Assembly: GCA_951406725.2 (NCBI GenBank)
Contig: OX597814.1
Span: 204,848,001 to 204,912,000 of the forward strand
Reading direction: 5' to 3'
From: Octopus vulgaris
Taxonomy: Eukaryota
DNA: 64,000 nt
Part shown: piece after piece, positions 51,341-64,000 of the stretch
Layout: each line of letters begins with the position of its first letter
Numbering within the stretch: position 1 is the first letter of the stretch
Notes under the pieces: generated by a model
The model's input: the letters and a program-made list of their open reading frames with translations, nothing else
The model's database searches: none
Told to the model about the DNA's origin: nothing
Translations under genes and position numbers: made by a program

Positions 51341-52025
51341 TATAAATATGTGTGTGTGTGTGTATATCTCCATCACCATCATTTAGTGTTCACTTTTCCA
51401 CGCTTGTATGCATCAGAGTGAATTTCATTGAGGCAAATTTTCTACATCCATATGCTCTTCATCTTGTCAACTCTCGCCTATTTATAAGCAAAATGACATT
51501 TCTCCATACCCTGACATATTTTACTGCAGATTGGAAACGAACAACTTTTCTCGTATGACTGATGCTCATTTACAATCATCATGTGATGCCTAGACAGGAG
51601 CACACACGAATACACAATGGGTTTGTTTTAGTTTCCATCTACCAAATCTACTTGAGTCTTTGGTTGATCCAGGGCTGTAGAAGATGCCTTGCCCAGTGCC
51701 AGTCTCTAACTGTGCAGGGAACAACCTGTGGAAAAAGTAGACTCAGGAAAGACGAGGGATGAAGTGGTGGAATATGATGTTTGGATGTTGAGTCTCACAG
51801 AGGCAATGACAAGGGACGAAGACTGTTAGTGGTTTGCTGTGTGGGAAAAGACATCAAGTTAAGTGAAACTGTAGGTGTGACCAGTCAGGGACATGCAAAA
51901 GGCACCTGGTACACTCTGTGGAGTGGTTGGTATTAGGAAGGGTTCCAGCTGTAGACATGAATCCAAACCAGACTGATGCCTGGCGCAGCTGTCTGGTTTA
52001 CCAGTTCTAATGAAACCATCTAAGC

Positions 52026-52239
52026 CAGGGGTGGGCAAACTACGGCCCGCGGCCCGCCATAGGTTTTCATGCGGCCTGCTGAGAGGAATATTTCACAAAA
52101 TTTCCTTTCAATCAATTGTGTGTTTATAGGTCTATAACCACCTTCAAAAATATTTTCACTTGATTTTTATAAATGAGGCCCGCCAAGGTTCCAAAGACGC
52201 ACTGTGTGGCCCACGATCAAAAAAGTTCGCCCACCCCTG
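52026..52239. mobile_element. hAT (Charlie-like) MITE inserted in a decayed RTE tail
   Basis: 16-bp TIR caggggtgggc(a/g)aact; exact 8-bp TSD atctaagc (52018-52025 and 52240-52247). Confidence 0.9.
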
Positions 52240-52301
52240 ATCTAAGCCATGCCAGAATGGAAAATGGGTGCTAAGTGATGATGATGGAAGATAAAGTGAG
52301 A

Positions 52302-52340
<39 letters not shown>

Positions 52341-52553
52341 GCATTATGTAAAATTGTAAATGAGTGTCACTGTCATACAAGCAGTGTCATTCATTTCCCA
52401 TATTCTGTGGAAACATATCTGGTAATGGGGAAATATTACCTTCTTGGAAACAAGTGAGGGTTGGTGAGAGGGAAGGCATCTGGCTGGAGGAAAATTTCCA
52501 CAATGATTTCTGTCTGAGCCACACAAACCTGGAAAAATGTTATATATTGTGAC

Positions 52554-52962
52554 GCAGGAGTGGCTGTGTGGTAAGTAGCTTGCTTACCAACCACATGGTT
52601 CCGGGTTCAGTCCCACTGCGTGGCATCTTGGGCAAGTGTCTTCTGCTATAGCCCCGGGCCGACCAATGCCTTGTGAGTGGATTTGGTAGACGGAAACTGA
52701 AAGAAGCCTGTCGTATATATGTATATGTGTGTATGTGTGTATGTGTATATGTTTGTGTGTCTGTGTTTGTCCCCCTAGCATTGCTTGACAACCGATGCTG
52801 GTGTGTTTACGTCCCCGTCACTTAGCGGTTCGGCAAAAAGAGACCGATAGAATAAGTACTGGGCTTACAAAGAATAAGTCCCGGGGTCGAGTTGCTTGAC
52901 TAAAGGCGGTGCTCCAGCATGGCCGCAGTCAAATAACTGAAACAAGTAAAAAAAAAAAAAAA
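52554..52962 (+). mobile_element. Young full-length SINE family A
   Basis: A box tggctgtgtggt, B box ggttcagtccc, CpG-rich body, internal (TG/TA)n and a pure poly(A) tail. Confidence 0.9.
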
Positions 52963-53579
52963 TGTTGTATAATGACACTGCTTTTGATGTGTGTGTGTGT
53001 GTGTGTGAGCATGTTCATAGAGCTGTGAACGATTATCACTGTCATACTTGCCCTCCCCCTCTCTCTAACACGTGTTTGTGTGTGTGTGTGGGTGCGTGTG
53101 TGTGTGTATACATTATGTATACAGCACTATGTTGACAAGTGTTAGAATTCTTTTCTACTTTAGGCGCAAAACCTGAAATTTGTGGAGAGGGGGCCCAGTC
53201 GATTAGATCAACCCCTGTACACAACAGGTACTTAATTTATTGACCCCGAAAGGATGAAAGGCAAAGTCGACCTCGACGGAATTTGAACTCAGAACGTAAC
53301 GGCAGATGAAATATCTATTTCTTTACCTCCCACAAGGGGCTAAACACAGAGAGGACAAATAAGGACAGACAAACGGATTAAGTCAATTATATTGACACCA
53401 GTGCGTAACTGGTACTTAATTTATCAACCCCGAAAGGATGAAAGGCAAAGTCGGCCTCGGCGGAATTTGAACTCAGAATGTAGCAGCAGACGAAATACCG
53501 CCAAGCATTTCACCCGGCGTGCTAACATTTCTGCCAGCTTGCCGCCTAACAAGCGTTAGAATTCTGCAAGATGAGAGTT

Positions 53580-53580
53580 A

Positions 53581-53619
<39 letters not shown>

Positions 53620-54225
53620 TGTGTACAGTGCTCAGGTGCACTACAACTCATCTAAAGTGTATATATAATCAGGTGAAGTTTCGGCGGATTTCGGAAAGCA
53701 TGAGGGCCTTAAAAGATGCAGTGTCATGGCAGTCAACAACTGACGCAGGCAGTTTATTCCATGCTTCAGCAACTCTGAGCGTGAAAAAATGTTTCCGAAA
53801 GTCATGGGAGCTGTATTGTTTTCTGACTTTGTAGGCATGTCCACGTGTGTTAGACACATGGAGATCAAAAAGGTGTTCAGTGTTGTTGTTGGTGAGGTGG
53901 TTGATAACTTTGTGGGTGTTTACCAAGTCCGTCGCCAAACGCCGGAGCTTCAGAGAATCCATGCCCAGGGAAACAAGGCGCTCAGAATATGGTAGGTGTC
54001 TGATGGAGGGTATGCGTTTGGTTGCACGTCTCTGGACAGATTCCAGGAGGTCAATGTTCTGTGCAAGATAGGGGTTCCAAACTGATGATGCGAATTCCAA
54101 GTGTGGTCGTACCATAGCTGTATACAGTTTTAAATAGATGGCTGGAGAGCGGCTAACAAAAGACCTGCTGAGTGATGCCAAGACACCCTCGGCCTTCCTG
54201 ACAATCTTAGAGATATGCTTTATTA
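53580..54225 (-). mobile_element. CR1-like LINE 3' fragment
   Basis: LYTAMVRPHLEFASSVWNPY...LESVQRRATKRI...YSERL...TRGH...FFTLRVAEAWNKLP; (ATT)n tail. Confidence 0.9.
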
Positions 54226-54872
54226 ACCTAAATAATTCCATCAAACACACCATATTTGATGGTATATGAGCTACACTCTTTTGCCAAATAATGTCACCAG
54301 AGAATCACCTCAGGTCCTATGCGTGAAGTTGTTTTAAATATTATAGGTTTTAATGAGCTAAACATTTTTTTCTTGGCTAAGTGCTGCTAAAATCGGAGTG
54401 CATCTTATCTGAGTGCGTGTCTTTTATGCCATCAAATGTGCTGGTTCCTTTCTCTCTGTTTTTTTTTTCTTTCTCATATATGAATTTAGAAAATATGTCA
54501 ATTTAGTTCTGAAATTTGTTGGAAATATGCTGTGAAATAGTATAAAGACTGTTTCTATGGTAACAGACTTCATGTTCAGTCCATGTCACATGTGTTGGTA
54601 CCAACCAGCAATTAGCTTATAACAACAAATAATTCATCCATTGCTGCCACTGGTTAAAGTATAACTCTCCCATCCCTTCTCTCTCCCATCCTTTCTCATT
54701 TTCTCTCTCTCTCTCTCTCTCTCTCTTCCAGTTGTTTCATTAGAATATTTATTTAGGTGGATAATCAGTCTTCTCCATCACTGGCAGCTCATGACTGTAG
54801 CATATTCTGTCTCTCAAGAAAGCTGCTGTGAATGTATTACATTTGAGATCAGCAGATTATTATTTTTTTAGT

Positions 54873-57800
54873 GTTCTTTCCAAGCGGGCCTCATGGAGGT
54901 GAGGTGACTGAGTCCCTTCAAAGCGGGTCTCATGGAGGTTAGGTGACTGCGTTCCTTCCAAGTGGGCCTCATGGAGGTGAAGTGATTGAGTTCCTTCCAA
55001 GCAGGCCTCATGGAGGTGAGGTGACTGAGTCCCTTCCAAGCGGGCCTCATGTAGGTGAAATGACAGAGTTACTTCCAAGCGGGCCTCATGGAGGTGAGGT
55101 GACTGAGTCCCTTCCAAGCGGGCCTCATGTAGGTGAAATGACAGAGTTACTTCCAAGCGGGCCTCATGGAGGTGAGGTGACTGAGTCCCTTTCAAGCGGG
55201 CCTCATGTAGGTGAGTTGACTGAGTTACTTCCAAGCGGGCCTCATGTAGGTGAGGTGACTGAGTCCCTTCCAAGCGGGCCTCATGGAGGTGAGGTGACTG
55301 AGTTCCTTCCAAGCGGGCCTCATGTAGGTGAGTTGACTGAGTTACTTCCAAGCGGGCCTCATGTAGGTGAGGTGACTGAGTCCCTTCCAAGCGGGCCTCA
55401 TGTAGGTGAGGTGACTGAGTCCCTTCCAAGCAGGCCTCATGGAGGTGAGGTGACTGAGTTCCTTCCAAGCGGGCCTCATGTAGATGAGGTGACTGAGTCC
55501 CTTCCAAGCAGGCCTCATGGAGGTTAGGTGACTGCGTTCCTTCCAAGTGGGCCTCATGGAGGTGAAGTGATTGAGTTCCTTCCAAGCAGGCCTCTTGGAG
55601 GAGATGTGATTGAGTTCCTTCCAAGCGGGCCTCATGGAGGTGAGGTGACTGAGTCCCTTCCAAGCGGGCCTCGTGTAGGTGAAATGACAGAGTTACTTCC
55701 AAGCGGGCCTCATGTAGGTGAGGTGACTGAGTCCCTTTCAAGCGGGCCTCATGTAGGTGAGTTGACTGAGTTACTTCCAAGCGGGCCTCATGTAGGTGAG
55801 GTGACTGAGTCCCTTCCAAGTGGGCCTCATGGAGGTGAGGTGACTGAGTTCCTTCCAAGCGGGCCTCATGTAGGTGAGGTGACTGAGTCCCTACCAAGCG
55901 GGCTCATGTAGGTGAGGTGACTGAGTTCCTTCCAAGTGGGCCTCATGGAGGTGAGGTGACTGAGTCCCTTCCAAGCGGGCCTCATGTTGGTTAGGTGACT
56001 GCGTTCCTTCCAAGTGGGCCTCATGGAGGTGAGGTGATTGAGTTCCTTCCAAGCGGGCCTCATGTAGGTGAGGTGACTGAATCCCTTCCAAGCAGGCCTC
56101 ATGGAGGTGAGGTGACTGAGTTCCTTCCAAGCGGGCCTCATGGAGGTGAGGTGACTGAGTCCCTTCCAAGTGGACCTATGTAGGTGAGGTGACTGAGTTA
56201 CTTCCAAGCGGGCCTCATGGAGGTGAGGTGACTGAGTCCCTTCCAAGCGGGCCTCATGTAGGTGAAATGACAGAGTTACTTCCAAGCGGGCCTCATGGAG
56301 GTGAGGTGACTGAGTCCCTTTCAAGCGGGCCTCATGTAGGTGAGTTGACTGAGTTACTTCCAAGCGGGCCTCATGTAGGTGAGGTGACTGAGTCCCTTCC
56401 AAGCGGGCCTCATGGAGGTGAGGTGACTGAGTTCCTTCCAAGCGGGCCTCATGTAGGTGAGTTGACTGAGTTACTTCCAAGCGGGCCTCATGTAGGTGAG
56501 GTGACTGAATCCCTTCCAAGCGGGCCTCATGTAGGTGAGGTGACTGAGTCCCTTCCAAGCAGGCCTCATGGAGGTGAGGTGACTGAGTTCCTTCCAAGCG
56601 GGCCTCATGTAGATGAGGTGACTGAGTCCCTTCCAAGCGGGCCTCATGGAGGTTAGGTGACTGCGTTCCTTCCAAGTGGGCCTCATGGAGGTGAAGTGAT
56701 TGAGTTCCTTCCAAGCAGGCCTCTTGGAGGAGATGTGATTGAGTTCCTTCCAAGCGGGCCTCTGGGAGGTGAGGTGACTGAGTCCCTTCCAAGCGGGCCT
56801 CGTGTAGGTGAAATGACAGAGTTACTTCCAAGCGGGCCTCATGTAGGTGAGGTGACTGAGTCCCTTTCAAGCGGGCCTCATGTAGGTGAGGTGACTGAGT
56901 TACTTCCAAGCGGGCCTCATGTAGGTGAGGTGACTGAGTCCCTTCCAAGTGGGCCTCATGGAGGTGAGGTGACTGAGTTCCTTCCAAGCGGGCCTCATGT
57001 AGGTGAGGTGACTGAGTCCCTACCAAGCGGGCTCATGTAGGTGAGGTGACTGAGTTCCTTCCAAGTGGGCCTCATGGAGGTGAGGTGACTGAGTCCCTTC
57101 CAAGCGGGCCTCATGTTGGTTAGGTGACTGCGTTCCTTCCAAGTGGGCCTCATGGAGGTGAGGTGATTGAGTTCCTTCCAAGCGGGCCTCATGTAGGTGA
57201 GGTGACTGAATCCCTTCCAAGCAGGCCTCATGGAGGTGAGGTGACTGAGTTCCTTCCAAGCGGGCCTCATGGAGGTGAGGTGACTGAGTCCCTTCCAAGT
57301 GGACCTATGTAGGTGAGGTGACTGAGTCCCTTCCAAGCGGGCCTCATGGAGGTTAGGTGACTGCGTTCCTTCCAAGTGGGTCTCATGTAGGTGAGTTGAC
57401 TGAGTCCCTTCCAAGCAGGTCTCATGTTGGTTAGGTGACTGCGTTCCTTCCAAGTGGGCCTCATGGAGGTGAGGTGATTGAGTTCCTTCCAAGCGGGCCT
57501 CATGTAGGTGAGGTGACTGAATCCCTTCCAAGCAGGCCTCATGGAGGTGAGGTGACTGAGTCCCTTCCAAGCAGGTCTCATGTAGGTGAGGTGACTGAGT
57601 CCCTTCCAAGCGGGCCTCATGTTGGTTAGGTGACTGCGTTCCTTCCAAGTGGGCCTCATGGAGGTGAGGTGATTGAGTTCCTTCCAAGCGGGCCTCATGT
57701 AGGTGAGGTGACTGAATCCCTTCCAAGCAGGCCTCATGGAGGTTAGGTGACTGAGTTCCTTCCAAGTGGGCCTCATGGAGGTGAGGTGACTGAGTCCCTT

Positions 57801-58169
57801 CCAAGCAGACCTATGTAGGTGAGGTACTGAGTCCCTTCCAAGCGGGCCTCATGGAGGTTAGGTGACTGCGTTCCTTCCAAGTGGGTCTCATGTAGGTGAG
57901 GTGACTGAGTCCCTTCCAAGCGGGCCTCATGGAGGTTAGGTGACTGCGTTCCTTCCAAGTGGGCCTCATGGAGGTGAAGTGATTGAGTTCCTTCCAAGCA
58001 GGCCTCTTGGAGGAGAGGTGATTGAGTTCCTTTCAAGCGGGCCTCATGGAGGGGAGGTGACTGAGTCCCTTCCAAGCAGGCCTCTTGGAGGAGAGGTGAT
58101 TGAGTTCCTTCGAAGCGGGCCTCATATAGGTGAGGTGAATGAGTTCCTTTCAAGCGGGCATCATGGAGG
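54873..58169 (+). repeat. 39-bp tandem array, ~84 units
   Basis: Unit gagtcccttccaagcgggcctcatg(g/t)aggtgaggtgact; 13-aa periodic ORFs; higher-order duplication with a 1129-bp offset. Confidence 0.98.
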
Positions 58170-58517
58170 CAAAATGGCCGCGATCCTTTTGAATGTTGGG
58201 TATCACGAAGACAATGTCCAAGACCTTTGGCATTATGTTGTGCTTGAGAAGAAGACCTATCAAGCTGAGCAAAATTGCAGTCATGGCAGATACTGGAGTC
58301 ACACAAATGGCACCTGTGCCGGTGACATGTAAAAAGCACCCATTACACTCTTGGAGTCGTTGGTGTTAGGAAGGGCTTCCAGCTGTACGAACCTTGCCAG
58401 ATCAGATTGGAACATGGTGCAGCCTTCCAGTGTGCCAGCCTAGTCAAACCATCCAACCCATGCCAGCATGGGCAATGGATGTTAAATGATGATGATGATG
58501 ATGATGACGATGATGAT
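58170..58517 (+). mobile_element. RTE 3' end contiguous with the 39-bp array
   Basis: gacctttggcattatgttgtgcttgagaag (ORF end), 3'UTR and (GAT)n tail. Confidence 0.85.
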
Positions 58518-59439
58518 TATTACCTTTCTTCTGGCTTTATATTCTCAGTTCAAATGCTACCACGGTGAACTTTGCCTTTCATCTTTCAGGGTCAGTGAAA
58601 TAAGTGACAGTTGAGCATTGGGGGGGGGGGTTGATATAATTGATTAACCTTCTTCCTTAAAAGTTTAGGCCTTGTGCCTATAGTAGAAAGGATTATTATT
58701 ATTTTTTTTCTTCTTTACTACCCACAAGGGGCTACACATAGAGGGGACAAACAAGGACAGACAAAGGGATGAAGTCGATTACATCGACCCCAGTGCGTAA
58801 CTGGTACTTAATTTATCAACCTTGAAAGGATGAAAGGCAACCTCTGCGGAATTTGAACTCAGAACGTAACAGCAGATGAAATATGGCTACGCATTTCACC
58901 CGGCGTGCTAACAGTTCTGCCAGCTCACTGCCTTAATAATAATAATAATTATTATTATTCCTAATAATAATAATTATTATTATTATCTCCCATGCTCTCT
59001 ATTGGACAGTTTGCGAATATGTCTGATCTCATGAATGTGTATCACTCTTTTTTTTACAACTATGTATGTATGCATCTATTTATCTATCTGTCTGTCTGTC
59101 TACTTAGCAAATATGTCCAGTCAGTAGTGTGTGTCCCCTACTCCTTGTCTTGACCATTAGTCAGGATAGGGAGCAGAGACCAACACAAATTACATCAGTT
59201 ACTCCAACCTGCCACTGTATTACTTTAGCCTCATCCACCACTTCTCATTATTCATGCCCTCCAAACTGCCCCCCTAGCCAACCATGAGCTGTGCTACCCT
59301 TCCTATTACTGATCTATGAACGTCCTAAGAAGTTTTATAGAGAGACATGTCACCTCAACCAGCCAAATAGACCTCCCAGTATGCTGTAAGCTTGCCCTCC
59401 ATTCCTGTCAAACAATACATCAGCTTCGCCACAGCACCC

Positions 59440-60228
59440 ATAACTTTTGGAAATACTATTTTCATTCAGAATTGTTGAAATATGGAATGAAGTACTCATA
59501 GCAATTGCTAGCTGTCAGTGGTAACATCATCTCCTTCAAAATAGTCACCTTGCACAGCAATACACTGGTCATAGCATTCCTGCAACTTTTGGAATCTGGC
59601 CTGGAAGTAATTTTCCATAAGTGAGTTGAGGACCTTTTGGTGAGAAACTCATGAATGAGAGTCCAGTAACAGTGCATTGTCATCATGAAAAGTCCAATTT
59701 TTCGTGCTCCACAGATCCAATTGTTTTCACTGAATATCCTCCTTCAAACTCTTTGAAACATTGTCGATTGTCCTGTGATGATTCTCATGCACAAGCTGAT
59801 GAATTTTCTCCACATTCCCAGGGGTGACGCTCATGGCAGGTCTTCTAGATTGCTCATCATCTTCCAAGGACATTCTTCTGCTTTTGAAGTGCTCGTGCCA
59901 CTTGAAACATTGTGTATAACCCATTGCCTCATCGCTGTAAGCTTGCCAAAGTATGCTCAATGTCTCTGTAACAAGCTTTCCAAGTTTAATGCATAATTCC
60001 ACCTTGGCTCTCTGTTTCAACTTTCTGTCATGACAAAAATCACATACTACAGCATACATGTGATCACAAAAACACAAATTCCACAACTTGCAAAATAAAC
60101 ACAGTGATGTCACTTGGCACATTGCCTCATGAAGATCACTGCTAGCTCTCACTGTGCGTACAACCATGTGCAGCTATCTGTTGGTGCGCTACAAAACTAG
60201 TTTGGGAACTTTTTGTTATCTCCTCATA
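59440..60228 (-). pseudogene. Internally deleted mariner transposase relic
   Basis: KQRAKVELCIKLGKLVTETLSILWQAYSDEAMGYTQCFKWHEHFKSRRMSLEDDEQSRRP is a mariner HTH region; degenerate catalytic and C-terminal (GDYFEGD) remnants follow. The right end looks TIR-like. Confidence 0.75.
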
Positions 60229-61329
60229 CTTCTAGCTTTTATTGTTGTCTTTACTTGACTCATTGCTGTTTTCTATCCCTTCTTTTAACCTTATCTGATG
60301 AGTTGTAGTGCACCTGAGCACTTTGTACAATAAGCTCATCATTGTCATCACTGTCGTTGTTTTAATATCTTCTCAGGGGTCAAACTAGCGTTTTCTACGA
60401 CTTGATGACCTTCTTGATAACAACTGTTCTGAATTTAAATAATAATCTTTCTGCTTATCAGGCAACAAACAGCCTGGTCTTTACTATGTGGAGAACTGGA
60501 AACAAGTGACACCATCTGATCGAGCCATTTGTTTCCAGAGTTCATGCAACATGTCAAGACATCACAAAGCCCAGACAAATCTCTGCAGTGGACTACAAGC
60601 GTATGATACCGTCAGCAACACCGTTGTTTACAAGCAGTGAATATACAGGGACATGAAGGGAAACACAAACTCACACAGATCCACATTTTAAACAAACCTA
60701 CCAGTTGGCAGAAAGCTCTTTTGAAGCTCCCCCTCCATCCACCCTCTACTATAAACAATCTTAACATTATGGAGAGATGTGAGCCTCATCAATGACAAGT
60801 CATGCAGGGGAACAGTAGCTGATGGAGTGTAGATGAGACTGTTTAACCTCTCTAGTGCTGATGGCATGATAAGGTGCACCAAGTCTTTGTTGTAAAGTTG
60901 TTGGTGATAGAAAGGGCATCCCTAATTGTGCATAGAAGACTAACACTTTTATAATGCTTCACTCAATTATGGGAATGTGTGGGGTTGATGGGAATATCTG
61001 GGCATCAACTCTCTTCCTTTCAGAAGTTTAACAATAAATATCAGACGACCTCCTCCATCTCCAGGCCCCCATTCCTTTTCTGATGGGTTCAGGATTTCAG
61101 GGCTCCTAACATTAATGTTTGTATGATGAAAGGTAGATCTGGAAAAGTTGTTGAGATACTGGAGGGCATGTGAAGAGATGTGGACTGTATACAAGGTAGT
61201 CTTAGCCAGACTCCTCATGGACAAAGAAAACAGGTAAAAGTTCTTCTGAATGAGTGGAATAAACATGTTGACAGGGAAACAAAGTCGTCAGAGCATATGA
61301 CAGCTTAGTTATGGGATTAGTCAGGGGTA

Positions 61330-61950
61330 ATAATAATAATAATAATAATAATATATAATGAAATTATTGTATACAGTGCTCAGGTGCACCACAACTTGTC
61401 AAAAGTGCATATAAAGCATATGCAGTAATGTACAGATGTCTGGGAAGTGAACAGTGTATGAGTCAGATACATGCTTGCATGTGTATGGAGGGGAGAAAGA
61501 TCAGGTGTAGTGTTGGCGAATCTCAGGAAGCATGGAAGTTTTGAAGGATGCAGTGCTCCGACAACTAACAACTGATGCCGGCAGTTTGTTCCATGCTTCA
61601 GCAACTCTTAGCGTGAAAAAATGTTTCCGAAAGTCATGGGAGCTGTGCTGTTTTCTGACTTTGTAAACATGTCCACGGGTGTTAGACAGGTGGAGTTTGA
61701 AAAGGTGCTCAGAGTTATTGTTTGTAAGATGGTTAATAATTTTATGGGTGTCTGCCAAGTCAGCTGCCAGACGTCGGAGTTTCAATGTGTCCATGCTCAG
61801 GGAAGTAAGGTGTTCAGAATATGGCAAATGCCTGATGGAGGGTATTCTCTTGGTTGCACGTTGCTGAACGGCTTCCAGACGATTAATATCCTGGGCAAGA
61901 TAGGGGTTCCAGACCGGTGATGCAAATTCCAGGTGAGGTCATGCCATAGC
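61330..61950 (-). mobile_element. CR1-like LINE 3' fragment (second copy)
   Basis: LRRLAADLADTHKIINHL...TRGHVYKVRKQ...FFTLRVAEAWNKLPASVV; (ATT)n tail; homologous to 53580-54225. Confidence 0.9.
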
Positions 61951-61954
61951 TATA

Positions 61955-62140
61955 ACAGCAACAGATAATCTCTGCATATACACCATAATAAAGACAGATG
62001 AGGAAAAGACCCATTTCCAAAAGACCCGCTGGAAGACGACTTTGATGTCGAATAACAATAATTTTGTTATTAAAGTTGGCCACTTTAATGAATCGGGTGG
62101 GCAGCTCTATGGTGGCCATTCCAGTGTACATGGAGGTATA
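61955..62140 (+). pseudogene. Degenerate RTE apurinic-endonuclease fragment
   Basis: IISAYTP, then after a frameshift TDEEKTHF...VIKVGHFNESGGQLYGGHSSVHGG, resembling the RTE motifs ISAYAPQ/DEEK/GDFN..VG/VHGG. Confidence 0.55.
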
Positions 62141-62312
62141 AATGTGCTATAAATAATCTTTCCTGCTATAGGCACAAGGCCTGGATTTTGCGGGGAGGGG
62201 GACAGTCAATCACATCGATCCCCAGTACTCAACTGGTACTTAATTTATCGACCCCAAAAGGATGCAAGGCAAAGTCAATCACAGTGGAATTAGTACTGGG
62301 ATTGACTCATTC

Positions 62313-62417
62313 GACTAATGAATTAGACTAATGAATTGGACTAATGAATTGGACTAATGAATTAGACTAATGAATTGGACTAATGAATTGGACTAATGAA
62401 TTAGACTAATGAATTGG
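62313..62417. repeat. 13-bp minisatellite x8
   Basis: gactaatgaatt(a/g), variant order A,G,G,A,G,G,A,G. Confidence 0.9.
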
Positions 62418-62744
62418 CCTGCTTTGGCTGTAGTCTAATGACTGAAACAGGTAAAAGAGAAAATGTACTGCTTTCTAGTGAGAGGATCAGAAATGTAATA
62501 TTGCAAAGAAATATGGCAAAAAGGACCAAAACGTTGATTAAAATGTGTGTCAGATAAGACAGAGAGGTGTCATATCCAATGACTGGCATAGCAATATTGT
62601 CATTGAGTACTGTCATGGCAAGAGCATTTATTTGAAGGATCAGGTTATGAAACATTTATCCCTTTCCATGCCAACCCGGCTGAAACCACCTCTGGTTCTG
62701 TTGTACAAATGTCTTGTTTTTATAAGTTTTGAATTAAAATTATG

Positions 62745-63495
62745 TTGGACATAAGAAGCATCGGATGTGGCGTGCAAGAGAGACGTTTGCATTAGTATGG
62801 TCATGTACTGTGGATGGATTAGGAGAGCTGTGTGAAGAAGTGCCACTCCCAAACAGTGGAAGGAATCTGGGGTAGAGGGAGACCCAGGAAGCCATGGGAT
62901 GAGGTGGTGAAGCATGACCTCGGAACATTGGGCCTCACAGAGGCAATAACAAAAGACCGAGACCTCTGGAGATATGCTGTGACTGAGAAGACCCAGCAAA
63001 TAAAGTGAATTCACAGCTGTAACCTACACCAGTGTCACATAACCAGCCAACTCAAAAGTCCCCTTGGATCTTGGGTGACATTCCGTGCTTGAGGAGACCT
63101 ACTGAGTCAAGTAAATCAAAATCAAAATCAAATCACAATCAAATGGAAACTGTAGTTAAGATCCCTGTGCCGGTGGCACGTAAAAAGCACCACCCAAATG
63201 TGGCTGATGCCAGCGCTGACTTGACTGGCTTTTGTGCCGGTGGCATGTAAAAAGCACCATCCGATTATGGTCGATGCCAGCCCCCTCTGGCCTCTGTGCC
63301 AGTGGCATGCAAAAAGCACCCACTAGACTTTCGGAGTGGTTGGCGTTAGGAAGGGCACCCAGCTGTAGAAACACTGCCAGATCAGACTGGAGCCTGGTGC
63401 AGCCTCCTGGCTTCACAGACCCCAGTTGAACTGTCCAACCCATGCTAGCATGGAAAACGGACGTTAAATGATGATGATGATGATGATGATGATGA
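62745..63495 (+). mobile_element. RTE-clade LINE 3' fragment (degenerate ORF end plus 3'UTR)
   Basis: Homologous to 27517-28425; ~67-bp internal UTR repeat at 63167/63234; (GAT)n tail. Confidence 0.85.
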
Positions 63496-64000
63496 AACAA
63501 ATATCAGTTTTTTAAGTAGGCAGGCGATAAATGATTGCACTATGCACATGTTTTAAGCGATGGTTATTATAAAAAAAAAGCTCAAAAAACCCCCAAACAT
63601 TTCGCTATCAACACACCACCACCACTATCTGCCTTTCTCTCCCTCTCTTTCTCTCTCTCTCAATATAACTGCTTCCCCTGTCCACCTCTATCTACCTTTC
63701 CCTTCAGCTAACTTTTTAACCATGTAAGTATTCCTTCCTCCCTTGCCCTTACATCATTAATACTGCTCCCTCTCTCTTTTCTTTCTCCTCTACTTTCAGC
63801 TCACCACGTGATGCATTTGGCCTAAGTTTATTAATATTAATCATCTTTCTCTACTTCTTCCTCTCCTCTTTCTCCACTCCTCTCCTCCCTCTCTCTAACT
63901 CTTACTCCACCTCTCACTCACTCCACCTCCTCCTCCCTAATTAACTAAAGTATGACAGGTGTATAATTATTGCGCCTTTTTTTCCAACTAATTTTATTCA

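Noticed and set aside
54860-58339. His-rich repeat protein (HLHEARLEGTQSP)n
   Set aside because: Translation of a 39-bp array. 1-bp deletions shift the frame several times, there is no supported start or splice structure, and the unit appears RTE-derived.
60290-60332. CTGATGAG as a hammerhead core
   Set aside because: It is the short 3' tail of the CR1-like LINE (gatgagttgtagtgcacctgagcac); no GAAA or stems.

Overview
AT-rich, repeat-dense eukaryotic genomic DNA. The SINE/LINE families and microsatellite style suggest an octopus (coleoid cephalopod); this is inference. One protein-coding gene is supported: a + strand atlastin (ER-fusion dynamin-like GTPase). I assembled 12 coding exons by hand (11445-36942, all GT-AG, about 517 aa); an upstream exon is implied but was not located. 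The rest is transposon-derived: tRNA-headed SINEs, many RTE-LINE 3' ends with (GAT)n tails, CR1-like fragments, hAT and pogo-like MITEs, two non-autonomous Helitrons, maT/mariner relics and a probable solo LTR. Two observations stand out. (1) Four atlastin introns loci carry minimal type-I hammerhead-ribozyme-like motifs of the Penelope-like-element kind. Two of these loci are long fold-back palindromes, and one fuses a Pol III tRNA-like head to the hammerhead. (2) Two large tandem arrays (66 bp x ~167, 11 kb; 39 bp x ~84, 3.3 kb) and a nascent 57 bp x 4 array all appear amplified from segments of the same RTE-LINE and are still attached to its 3' tail. One antisense frame of the 66-bp array is open for over 7 kb. 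Repeat boundaries were read by eye and are approximate.
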